In this document: piece after piece, positions 1 to 11,245 of the stretch
Layout of the letters: every line of letters starts with the position of its first letter
How positions within the stretch are numbered: position 1 is the first letter of the stretch
Assembly (NCBI GenBank): GCA_016693855.1
Contig: GCA_016693855.1_4844.1
Direction: 5' to 3' (one strand)
DNA from: a phage
DNA: 45,498 nucleotides
Made by a program: the position numbers and the translations under genes
Notes under the pieces: generated by a model
What the model was told of the DNA's origin: nothing
What the model saw: only the letters and a program-made list of their open reading frames with translations
The model's database searches: none

Positions 1-7
1 AAAAAAA

Positions 8-400
8 ATGGCAGCACCAACACCTGAAGAATTATTAAGCCAGATGGCATCCCGTGGAATGACTATCACCGCAACGGATGCATCTGGCATTCTGTGCCTT
101 GTGGCGTCAATCAGTGAATGCCTTGAACTGAACTATCCAAACGATGAATGCCGACAAAATGCGATCATGCTGTGGGCTTCAATCCTGATTAGCGCAAATA
201 CTGCTGGTCGATACGTTACCAGTCAAAGTGCACCTTCTGGCGCGTCACAATCATTTGCTTACGGCAGCAAGCCGTGGGTGGCGCTGTACAATCAGATGAA
301 GCTACTGGATACAGCTGGATGCACTGGTGATTTAGTGGAAGACCCTGATGGAAGCGGAAAGCCGTGGTTTGCAGTTGTGCGTGGGAGTAAGTGCAAATGA
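8..400 (+). CDS. head-tail connector/adaptor-like structural protein (hypothetical)
   Basis: 130 aa ORF co-directional and tightly packed with the downstream head-tail joining and tail genes; call is by position only, no motif recognised. Confidence 0.35.
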   Translation: MAAPTPEELLSQMASRGMTITATDASGILCLVASISECLELNYPNDECRQNAIMLWASILISANTAGRYVTSQSAPSGASQSFAYGSKPWVALYNQMKLLDTAGCTGDLVEDPDGSGKPWFAVVRGSKCK

Positions 401-738
401 CTTCGCTGGCTAACTGGAGCTACACGCAACCATGCACAATCTGGCACAAAAGCGGCACTGACAAGTACGGTAAGCCAACTTTTGATGCGCCAGTGAGCAT
501 CGTGTGCGATTATGGCTTTAACGATGATGTATCGACTGACGCAAAAGGCAATGAGATTGTGCAGAAAAATACCTTCTGGACAGAATACACTGGCGCTAAG
601 GTTGGTGATTACATCATGATTGGCACGATAACAGAGGCTGACCCGCTGGCGGCTGGAGCAAACCAGATTCTGAATGTGATTAACTATGGCAACACTTTCC
701 AAAGAAGCGAGCCGCCTGACTTTGCTCTGGTGACATAA
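391..738 (+). CDS. head-tail joining / head closure-like protein (hypothetical)
   Basis: 115 aa ORF overlapping the previous gene by 10 nt (translational coupling); position upstream of the tail genes. Confidence 0.35.
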   Translation: MQMTSLANWSYTQPCTIWHKSGTDKYGKPTFDAPVSIVCDYGFNDDVSTDAKGNEIVQKNTFWTEYTGAKVGDYIMIGTITEADPLAAGANQILNVINYGNTFQRSEPPDFALVT

Positions 739-1136
739 TGCCAGCGAAATTAAGAGGCATTCGCCAAGCCGTAGAAAGAACATCGCAGATTGTGGATGAG
801 ATAATTGCCACGAAAGCTGTGCGCGCTCTGAAGTCAGCAACATACATCATCCGCACCGAATCAGCCACGTTGACGCCGATTGATACGTCGACACTGATTA
901 ACAGCCAGTTTGATACTGTGGAAGTTAGCGGAACTCGAATCACTGGCAAGGTTGGCTACTCTGCGAAATATGCGCTGTACGTCCACAATGCCAGTGGCAA
1001 ACTTGCAGGTAAGCCGCGAAGCAATGGTAACGGCACGTATTGGAGTCCGGGTGGTGAACCGCAATTTCTTACCAAAGCGGCACAGCGCACAAAAGACCTT
1101 GTTGATAGCGTGATTAAGAAGGAGATGAAACTGTGA
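738..1136 (+). CDS. neck / tail completion-like protein (hypothetical)
   Basis: 132 aa ORF; start overlaps the stop of the previous gene; synteny with head-tail joining module. Confidence 0.3.
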   Translation: MPAKLRGIRQAVERTSQIVDEIIATKAVRALKSATYIIRTESATLTPIDTSTLINSQFDTVEVSGTRITGKVGYSAKYALYVHNASGKLAGKPRSNGNGTYWSPGGEPQFLTKAAQRTKDLVDSVIKKEMKL

Positions 1137-1507
1137 ACATGCTTGAGCTGGTTGATGCATATCTTCAGGATGCAGGATTGTATGATGGCTGGACTTCGCA
1201 GTTGCAGTTCTGGAATGACACCGGAGACGGCAATGAGCAATTTATTGTCCTGCAATCCAATGGCGGCACACAGGTGATGGATGGCCTCGGTGGTGACTTC
1301 TATTTCTCGATGTATATTGTCGGCAAACATGGACAGTATAATGTGTCGGATGTTGATGCTAAAGCCAATGAGATTATCGAATACATCAAGACTCATCCGA
1401 TTGATTCATGCGTTAACTACATCCAGTTGCAGGCTCCGCTCGGTAGGCCGATGTTAACGGAAGAGAAGCGGCCTGTGCATGAGTTGCTTTTGCGGGTTGT
1501 GAAATAA
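1133..1507 (+). CDS. tail terminator-like protein (hypothetical)
   Basis: 124 aa ORF, last gene before a terminator and the major tail protein gene; positional inference. Confidence 0.3.
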   Translation: MNMLELVDAYLQDAGLYDGWTSQLQFWNDTGDGNEQFIVLQSNGGTQVMDGLGGDFYFSMYIVGKHGQYNVSDVDAKANEIIEYIKTHPIDSCVNYIQLQAPLGRPMLTEEKRPVHELLLRVVK

Positions 1508-1510
1508 ATA

Positions 1511-1536
1511 AAGCCGCACGAAGCGGCCTTATTACT
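1511..1536 (+). terminator. putative intrinsic terminator (GCCGC-loop-GCGGC)
   Basis: GC stem aagCCGCacgaaGCGGCctt directly after the stop at 1507; weak U-tract. Confidence 0.45.
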
Positions 1537-1561
1537 GGCTTAAGCATTGCCAGCGTGCTTT

Positions 1562-1627
1562 CTTAATATCCAGCCCAGTAACCCATACATACCCCTACAT
1601 ATGATTGCGATAATGCTGGATATTAAG
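1562..1627. repeat. 13-bp perfect inverted repeat (CTTAATATCCAGC ... GCTGGATATTAAG) with 40-nt spacer
   Basis: Read directly from sequence at 1562-1574 and 1615-1627, inside a ~515 bp ORF-free region; a second 9-bp inverted repeat GCGCATCAG/CTGATGCGC lies at ~1738-1783. Confidence 0.7.
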
Positions 1628-1942
1628 TGTTGTGGTGGCCGGTGCTGATCTCCGGCTTGCGGTTATTTCAGACTCTCACGGGCGTTTAATTGCCCCGCCG
1701 AACAGCTCTTTTCCGCAATAGCTGCAATGTCTTTCGCGCATCAGCCTGCGCATTCACCACAACGGAAAGAGCACTGATGCGCTCACTTGGGACTCCTTAG
1801 CCATAACCCACGGGCTTCTGGTACACCAATGCTCTTACCTGTTGTGTGCCGGTTACGCGTCCGGCGTCTCTCGACCGCTAATTGTAATTGAAGGATTGGA
1901 TGTAATTAAATGAAATCATGGAACCAATCTCTGTTAAATCCT

Positions 1943-1986
1943 AATCTACACCACAAAATAATACCTGTCAACACCTGTGATATAAT
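1943..1986 (+). promoter_or_regulatory. promoter region with AATCTACACC motif and extended -10 TGATATAAT
   Basis: AATCTACACC at 1943-1952, GTCAACACC, then TGATATAAT ending at 1986, about 37 nt upstream of the major tail gene ATG; same architecture as at 3335-3387. Confidence 0.5.
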
Positions 1987-2022
1987 TACCACGTTAGCAG
2001 CTAACACAATTCGGAGAACGAA

Positions 2023-2739
2023 ATGGCTATTTGTGCAAATGATAAAGGCGTGCTTGTTGGTCGCATGACCCGCCTGTTCCTTGCTGAAGGCTGCGGCGAC
2101 GCAGTTCCGTCAGCAGAAGATTGGAAATATTTAGGCTCAACCACCAGTAAAGGTGTGGACTACTCGCCGCAGACTACTACGTCGGAAGCTGATACCACTG
2201 GCGGTTTTGTTTCCACTCTCGTTACCAGCTCTGATATGACCATCAGTGCAGAAGTGGAAATCCGCAAAAATGACCCGAGTGATGAGTTTGGATTCCATCG
2301 GCTTGTTGAGATTTACGCCACTGAACTGAAAGCTCGTCGCCAGCCTTCCTTGTGGGTGCGTCAGGTGACTGGTGCAACCATCGTTACCGCGTACTGCAAC
2401 ATAACCAGCATCAGTTACGAAGGTGGTACGAACGACATCGTTACTGGCAGCCTTGAGTTCAAGGTTTACGATTCTGATAGCGTTACCGTCGAAAGCCTTG
2501 AGCCACTGACGTTCACCACCGACCTGCAATCGACTGGCAGCACTGGTACGCCATTAACAGTTGTTGTTGAGGGCGGCGTCTCTCCTTACACTTACGTGTG
2601 GCGCAAAGATGGAGTAGTTGTTGGTAGTGAATCAGGCCCATCTCTGGCAAGCCCTACCGCTGGCGTGTATACCGTTACGGTGACAGACTCATCTACTGAC
2701 AAGGAAATTATTATCAGCACGGCTTGCACCGTGTCCTGA
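2023..2739 (+). CDS. major tail protein with C-terminal Ig-like domain
   Basis: 238 aa; position between head-tail joining genes and the chaperone/tape-measure pair; C-terminal ~80 aa (…PYTYVWRKDGVVVG…GVYTVTVTD) has the pattern of phage Ig-like (Big-type) domains commonly appended to siphovirus major tail proteins. Confidence 0.65.
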   Translation: MAICANDKGVLVGRMTRLFLAEGCGDAVPSAEDWKYLGSTTSKGVDYSPQTTTSEADTTGGFVSTLVTSSDMTISAEVEIRKNDPSDEFGFHRLVEIYATELKARRQPSLWVRQVTGATIVTAYCNITSISYEGGTNDIVTGSLEFKVYDSDSVTVESLEPLTFTTDLQSTGSTGTPLTVVVEGGVSPYTYVWRKDGVVVGSESGPSLASPTAGVYTVTVTDSSTDKEIIISTACTVS

Positions 2740-2745
2740 TAAAGA

Positions 2746-2775
2746 AAAAGCCCCTGAATAGGGGCTTTGTTTTAT
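2746..2775. terminator. bidirectional intrinsic terminator
   Basis: aaaAGCCCCTgaatAGGGGCTttgtttt hairpin flanked by A-run and T-run, between convergent genes 2023-2739(+) and 2772-2972(-). Confidence 0.8.
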
Positions 2776-2972
2776 TCTTGTGGTGGCTCTGGTAGTGGCA
2801 TCCAGTGAGTCACGTACTTACCATAGTGATTCCAGAATGGCTTTCCCCCATCATCAGGAACGATGTAATAATCATGCTGAACTGCGTTATTCAACGTTTC
2901 ATACACCAGGAACTCCTTATCCGTATACCCATCACCAGGAAGCATCTCACCACACTTAATCCACTGGCTCAT
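2772..2972 (-). CDS. small moron protein, DUF551-like (tentative)
   Basis: 66 aa minus-strand ORF inside the plus-strand tail module; Trp-rich C-terminus …THWMPLPEPP resembles small prophage proteins of DUF551 type as I recall them; not verified. Confidence 0.4.
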   Translation of the reverse strand: MSQWIKCGEMLPGDGYTDKEFLVYETLNNAVQHDYYIVPDDGGKPFWNHYGKYVTHWMPLPEPPQE

Positions 2973-3108
2973 ATCACCTTGTCCTCATCAAAAATAACAC
3001 CAATCACACGAAGTAAGTCTTTCGCCATTCTCTCTGCTTCTTCGTAATCGTAACCTGCATCAACATACAGTTCAGTGTAGAAAATCAGGTCTGCTTTTGT
3101 TTGTTCGT

Positions 3109-3303
3109 TCATTTCTTGTCGCCACTGTTAACTAATGCCCAAACAAGTGCTGCAACCCAACCAATAAAGCTCCATCCGACAAGAATATTCAATACACAGA
3201 TTGCGGTCGTATTTGTGTGCTTTCTTTGCAATGCCACAAATGATGGTAGAAGATAAACAAATATAACCAATCCAGCGAAAAGCAACAAAATAACAACATC
3301 CAT
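3109..3303 (-). CDS. superinfection immunity-like small membrane protein
   Basis: 64 aa from ATG at 3303 (GAGG 8 nt upstream); two hydrophobic segments and the motif NILVGWSFIGWVAALVWAL, which matches my recollection of the Imm_superinfect family signature (GWxxxGWxxALxWA). Confidence 0.55.
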   Translation of the reverse strand: MDVVILLLFAGLVIFVYLLPSFVALQRKHTNTTAICVLNILVGWSFIGWVAALVWALVNSGDKK

Positions 3304-3334
3304 AACCAACCTCATTCATATCTCGTTTCGATGA

Positions 3335-3387
3335 CTTGAATCTACATCACCGCCTCGCAGGTGTCAACACCACTGAGATGATATAAT
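3335..3387 (+). promoter_or_regulatory. promoter region with AATCTACATCA motif, GTCAACACC and extended -10 TGATATAAT
   Basis: Motif at 3339-3349; TGATATAAT at 3379-3387; ~20-30 nt upstream of the tail chaperone start; divergent from the minus-strand morons. Confidence 0.5.
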
Positions 3388-3407
3388 CAACATCAGTCAA
3401 ATTCAGG

Positions 3408-4130
3408 ATGCAAAACATGAGCAATCGCACGCCACTAACAGAAATCGGAGAGATGCGCATCTCGCTTTCCGACAGGAGTTTTTTCTTCAAGCCATCATTC
3501 CGCGCCATGAATGAAATCGGCACACCAAAGGAAATCGTTGAGGTATACGCTAAGCTCAATGGCATTGACTATGTTGCACCATTACAGCACGTAGAATACC
3601 TGCCATTTGGCGCTCAGATGCAGGTTATGAAGACCATCAGCAAGCCTGTGTATGGTCGTCATGTGCTGAGTGCGGCCTATATCGTAATGCAGTCATGCTG
3701 TGAAGATGATATTTCTGTGCTGATTGGTGGCTGGAAGCCAACGCCGCGCGGCGTGCGATATGTGCCAGGCATCATGCCAGTGAGCGACATTATTATTATT
3801 GCGCGCAACCTGATGCAGCACGGCATCATCGGTAAATCACCACTCAAAGTACCTGAGCGTCTGGAAGAGCAGAGCAAGAAAACAACAAACGAGTTTCATG
3901 CGTCGCAATACATTATCTCAGCACGCACGCATTTCGATATGACGCGAGATGAGGCTGAAAACCTGTCCATGACAGAGTTTCAGATGATGATTAAGAATAA
4001 ATATCCAGAGCCGAAAGGGTTAACGAAAGAAGAGCGCGCGGCAGAGTACGATCAGGCTAAAGCAGACCGTGAGCGCATGAAGGCACTGGCTGAACGCAAA
4101 GCGAAAAAGCGAGGAATACATAATGGCTGA
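3408..4130 (+). CDS. tail assembly chaperone (putative)
   Basis: 240 aa ORF immediately upstream of and overlapping the tape measure gene; highly charged K/E/R-rich C-terminus; assignment by conserved position. Confidence 0.5.
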   Translation: MQNMSNRTPLTEIGEMRISLSDRSFFFKPSFRAMNEIGTPKEIVEVYAKLNGIDYVAPLQHVEYLPFGAQMQVMKTISKPVYGRHVLSAAYIVMQSCCEDDISVLIGGWKPTPRGVRYVPGIMPVSDIIIIARNLMQHGIIGKSPLKVPERLEEQSKKTTNEFHASQYIISARTHFDMTRDEAENLSMTEFQMMIKNKYPEPKGLTKEERAAEYDQAKADRERMKALAERKAKKRGIHNG

Positions 4131-6492
4131 AGAAGTCGGCGGAATTGTCTATGAAGTAGGGATGGATGTTAAAGGCCTGAAAGCTGGCGCTACAACAGCC
4201 AATAAGACCTTAGATGACCTTGAATCATCAACCAACAAAACCACAGGCGCGCTTGGCAAGCTGGATAAAAACGCCAGAAATGCTGGTAACGGGATGAAGA
4301 ATGCTGGCGGCGCAGCTTCAGGGCTTAAAACCAGCATGTCGATGCTTGCTGGCGCAATCTCAGTGTCGTTAATCATTGGATGGGGTAAGGCTTTCCTTGA
4401 TATAGCTGATAACATGACACAGCTACAGGCAAGGATAAAAAGGTTAACAGGAGATGCTGAGACCGCGAAGGAAACCTTCAATTCGCTGACAAACATCGCC
4501 TCAACCACTGGCGCAAGCCTCAGCGATACTACGAAGCTGTGGGAAACATTGACGTCATCACTGAAAGAGGCAGGCGCGACAAATGCGCAGGTTCTTAACC
4601 TTACAGATACCCTGCAAAAAATAGGTCGAATCGGCGGGTCATCAACCGAAGAAATGGCGAACGCATTGCGTCAGTTCGGTCAGTCAATAGCATCTGGCAC
4701 AATCCGCGCCGAAGAATTTAACTCCATCCTTGAGCAGATGCCTGAACTTGCGCGCCAGATAGCGGCAGGCCTTGGCATTTCAATGGGTGAGCTTCGCGCC
4801 AGAATGCTAGACGGGAAACTGACGGCGGAAGATGCCCTGAACGCCATTCAGGACAGAACAAGCGTCGTCAATGCTGAGTTTGCAAAACTTCCGCGCTCTA
4901 TATCTCAGGCTACTGGCAGTCTTGAAACATCATTTGCAAAAATGATAGCGAGCATAAACGATGCAACCGGAGCCAGTTCCACTTTTGTTTCTGTTATTGA
5001 TTCCATCACTTCAGCAATAAACAGGCTTACTGGTCAAACTGTAAGTGCGGCAGAGGTTATTTCTGATTTGACGTCAACTGCCGAAATGTTCAGTCGAAGG
5101 GCGAGAACTTGGTCATGGGTTGGCATTGACGGATGGGCGGCACAAAATCAGGCAATAGCAGCGGTAGCAAATCAGGCTGCAACTTTGGTCTCAGATATGG
5201 ATGCCGTAACGAAGTCAACAGGAGAAGCAGCCAAAGCTCAGGCGCATTTGACAGTGCCGAAAGCGGCAGAGAAAGACAAAAAGAAAAAAGGCAAAAGCGC
5301 CGAAGAAAGACAAGCTGAGTCAGTTGCTGAAAAGCTGGAGAAATTACGCCAGCAAACCATGCTCAATGCCACATCTACCAGCGAACTCTCCCGCGAGCAA
5401 GCCATCCTCAATGCGCAGCAATCGCTTGGCAAAGCTGCTACTCAGGAGCAAATAAAACTGGCTGGCGAGTACGCTGCGAAGATTTGGGACCAGAAGAATG
5501 CACTGAAGGAGCAGGCGGAAGCAGAGAAAGAAAGGCAGCGCGTAGAAAAATCATATCATGGGTTGCGCGCCATTGCGTCGCCAACGACTGGCATTGATAG
5601 TGAATACCAGCAGCGCATGGCTGACCTTGACGCATACGCCGCAGCATATCCGCAAAAAATCACAGAGATTGAACAGACTCGCGCAGCAATTGAAGCACAA
5701 TACCGCCAACAGCGAATGGACGCTATGTGGGCTGAATGGCAGCAACAAAGCCTCGGCGCGCAACTGTTCGGTACCGCTCTTGATTCAGCAATGAGTACGG
5801 CATCAAACAGCATCACCGGATTGTTGACAGGTACAATGAGCGTTCAGGATGCTATGCGCAGCCTCGGCTCTACGGTACTTAACTCTCTGGTAAATAGTTT
5901 CGTCGAAATGGGCGTTCAGTGGGTTAAATCTGCGGTCATGGGGCAGACTGCGCAGGTTGCGGCAACGGCAACCACAACAGCGGCGCAAACGGCAGGACTG
6001 GCAACCACAACAGCAGCATCGACGGCGGCGGCAGCCACCACCACGGCAGCATGGACTCCTGCAGCAATCGTAGCATCAATCGGTTCATTCGGCGGGGCAG
6101 CTGCAATTGGGGTAGGTGCCGTTCTCGGAGCACTGGCGATGGGTATTGCTGGTAAGCGTAAAAATGGTGGTCCTGTTAGTGCTGGAAGTATGTACGAAGT
6201 GGGCGAAAATGGCTTGCCTGAAATATTCCAGGCGTCCAACGGTCGCCAGTATATGATTCCCGGTAACGATGGCTCAGTTATCAGCAACAAAGACCTGACA
6301 GGCGGCAGCAGTGGCGTTGTAGTTTATAATAGCATTATCAATAACAGCTCAGCTCAGGTCAGCAGCAGCGCCAGAGATAATGGTGACGGCAGCGTGACCA
6401 TTGAGACGATTGTGAGTGATATTTCGGAAAATGGCCCAATAGGGCAAGCCATCTCAAGAAACTACAACACCAACAGGAGAGCAACCGAATAA
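4123..6492 (+). CDS. tail tape measure protein
   Basis: 789 aa, largest tail ORF; long predicted alpha-helical/coiled-coil regions, Ala/Thr-rich hydrophobic stretch (…AATATTTAAQTAGLATTTAASTAAAATTTAAW…) followed by Gly-rich segment, typical of tape measure proteins. Confidence 0.85.
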   Translation: MAEEVGGIVYEVGMDVKGLKAGATTANKTLDDLESSTNKTTGALGKLDKNARNAGNGMKNAGGAASGLKTSMSMLAGAISVSLIIGWGKAFLDIADNMTQLQARIKRLTGDAETAKETFNSLTNIASTTGASLSDTTKLWETLTSSLKEAGATNAQVLNLTDTLQKIGRIGGSSTEEMANALRQFGQSIASGTIRAEEFNSILEQMPELARQIAAGLGISMGELRARMLDGKLTAEDALNAIQDRTSVVNAEFAKLPRSISQATGSLETSFAKMIASINDATGASSTFVSVIDSITSAINRLTGQTVSAAEVISDLTSTAEMFSRRARTWSWVGIDGWAAQNQAIAAVANQAATLVSDMDAVTKSTGEAAKAQAHLTVPKAAEKDKKKKGKSAEERQAESVAEKLEKLRQQTMLNATSTSELSREQAILNAQQSLGKAATQEQIKLAGEYAAKIWDQKNALKEQAEAEKERQRVEKSYHGLRAIASPTTGIDSEYQQRMADLDAYAAAYPQKITEIEQTRAAIEAQYRQQRMDAMWAEWQQQSLGAQLFGTALDSAMSTASNSITGLLTGTMSVQDAMRSLGSTVLNSLVNSFVEMGVQWVKSAVMGQTAQVAATATTTAAQTAGLATTTAASTAAAATTTAAWTPAAIVASIGSFGGAAAIGVGAVLGALAMGIAGKRKNGGPVSAGSMYEVGENGLPEIFQASNGRQYMIPGNDGSVISNKDLTGGSSGVVVYNSIINNSSAQVSSSARDNGDGSVTIETIVSDISENGPIGQAISRNYNTNRRATE

Positions 6493-7862
6493 TGGCTATC
6501 ATCAAATACCCTGACTGGCTGCCACTGGCACAACGAGCAAGTAAAAACCTGACACAGCAAACCCCGTTCCGCAGCGACCAGCCTGCGGTTGGGGCACCAA
6601 TTTTTCAGAAGCTGACAACTGACATCGCGGCGACATGGAGCCTGACGTGGGTTTTTACACTGGCGGAAGAACGCGCATTTATCCAGTGGTTGCGTAGCCC
6701 AAGTTACCTCAACAAATGCAACAACTGGTTCACCATGAGGGTTGACCTCGGCGGCAGTGGATTACAGGAGCAGACGCTGCATTTTACTGATTACCCGGTG
6801 CAGACCAGTATTGATGGAGGAGTAGTTACGTGGACTGGAAACGTTATTGCTAAAAAACTCAACAACACTATGGATGAGTTCGATGATGTTCTGGTCGAAC
6901 TGGATTACAGATGGTATAGCTGGCTGGATGAAGTAGTTAACCGCGAACTCCCGCAAGTCTATATGACGCCGATATTGCATATGCCAATTAATATGCTGTC
7001 ATCTACTCTTGATAGCCGCATTGTTTACGATGGGCCACAGGTTTACTACATCAACCGAAATGGCAATCTTGTGCAGTCCGCCGCCAATGAATGGCCTCTT
7101 ACGTTCATTGATGGTGTTGCGGTCGGGCGTGTGCCACCAGAATCCACATCCAGCAATATCCTGATTAAATCGTCGAAATTATCTGACGCATCGTGGGTTA
7201 AAACTAGAGCAACAGTGTCTGACGCAGTTGACGGATTTCTAAACGGCGGTACGTTCTCACTAGTCCCGACCCAGACAAACGGCACCCATCTCGTATATCA
7301 ATCGGTGTCTTCCGCTTTTGCGGAGGGTGATGTATACACTCTCAGTTACGTTGCTAAGGCATATGGTTATAATTATGCGAGACTTCGCGCCGCTGATGAT
7401 GCTGGGTTTATCGCGGATTGTGTTGCTAACTTATCGACAGGGGTTATTTACGCGGGCGCCCCCGGCAGCGATATAGCAGAGCTTGGCGATGGTTGGTATC
7501 GATTTACAGAAACGGTAGCTATACGCCAGGGCGGCGCATCTTCTCTGCTTTTAGCGTCATGGGTGTACAACAACTCCGCCGTTGGTTCATTTGTCGGTGA
7601 CGGGGTTAGTGGGATATTAGTGTGCGCGATGCAAATAGAAAAATCACCTTTTGCCACGTCGCCAATAGTAACCGAATCGTCACCGGTAACCCGAACGACG
7701 GCATCAGCAAAAGTAACCATGAATGGCGCGACAAGCATTGACATTACCTACTCCGACGGCTCCGTGATAAACGTTCAGGCTGTTGACGGTTACGCCTCCA
7801 TACCCCAAGCGGATTCGGCGTGGGGTAGCAAGTACATGACAACAATAAAATTCAACGCCTAA
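6492..7862 (+). CDS. minor tail / distal tail protein (putative)
   Basis: 456 aa ORF starting at the tape-measure stop (ATGA-style coupling); position corresponds to distal tail proteins. Confidence 0.5.
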   Translation: MAIIKYPDWLPLAQRASKNLTQQTPFRSDQPAVGAPIFQKLTTDIAATWSLTWVFTLAEERAFIQWLRSPSYLNKCNNWFTMRVDLGGSGLQEQTLHFTDYPVQTSIDGGVVTWTGNVIAKKLNNTMDEFDDVLVELDYRWYSWLDEVVNRELPQVYMTPILHMPINMLSSTLDSRIVYDGPQVYYINRNGNLVQSAANEWPLTFIDGVAVGRVPPESTSSNILIKSSKLSDASWVKTRATVSDAVDGFLNGGTFSLVPTQTNGTHLVYQSVSSAFAEGDVYTLSYVAKAYGYNYARLRAADDAGFIADCVANLSTGVIYAGAPGSDIAELGDGWYRFTETVAIRQGGASSLLLASWVYNNSAVGSFVGDGVSGILVCAMQIEKSPFATSPIVTESSPVTRTTASAKVTMNGATSIDITYSDGSVINVQAVDGYASIPQADSAWGSKYMTTIKFNA

Positions 7863-11206
<3,344 letters not shown>

Positions 11207-11245
11207 TACAATATACATCAAATTCACAAAGGAGCATTTATTATA

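Noticed and set aside
1508-2022. tRNA gene in the ORF-free region upstream of the major tail gene
   Set aside because: No GTTCGA-type T-loop or CCA-adjacent acceptor stem and no cloverleaf-compatible arrangement found by eye; only hairpins.
3479-3485. Slippery heptamer T-TTT-TTC in the zero frame of the tail chaperone gene, considered as a G/GT-type -1 frameshift site
   Set aside because: It lies only ~24 codons into the ORF and the -1 frame closes after a few codons, so it cannot generate a chaperone-tape measure fusion; the 240-aa ORF is more likely a single-frame chaperone.
4149-6290. Multiple antisense and alternative-frame ORFs inside the tape measure gene (e.g. 4149-4508, 5238-5432, 5916-6290 on the minus strand)
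   Set aside because: They lie wholly within a long, well-supported coding sequence, have odd Cys/Ala/Pro-rich compositions and lack RBS context; typical shadow ORFs of a GC-skewed gene.
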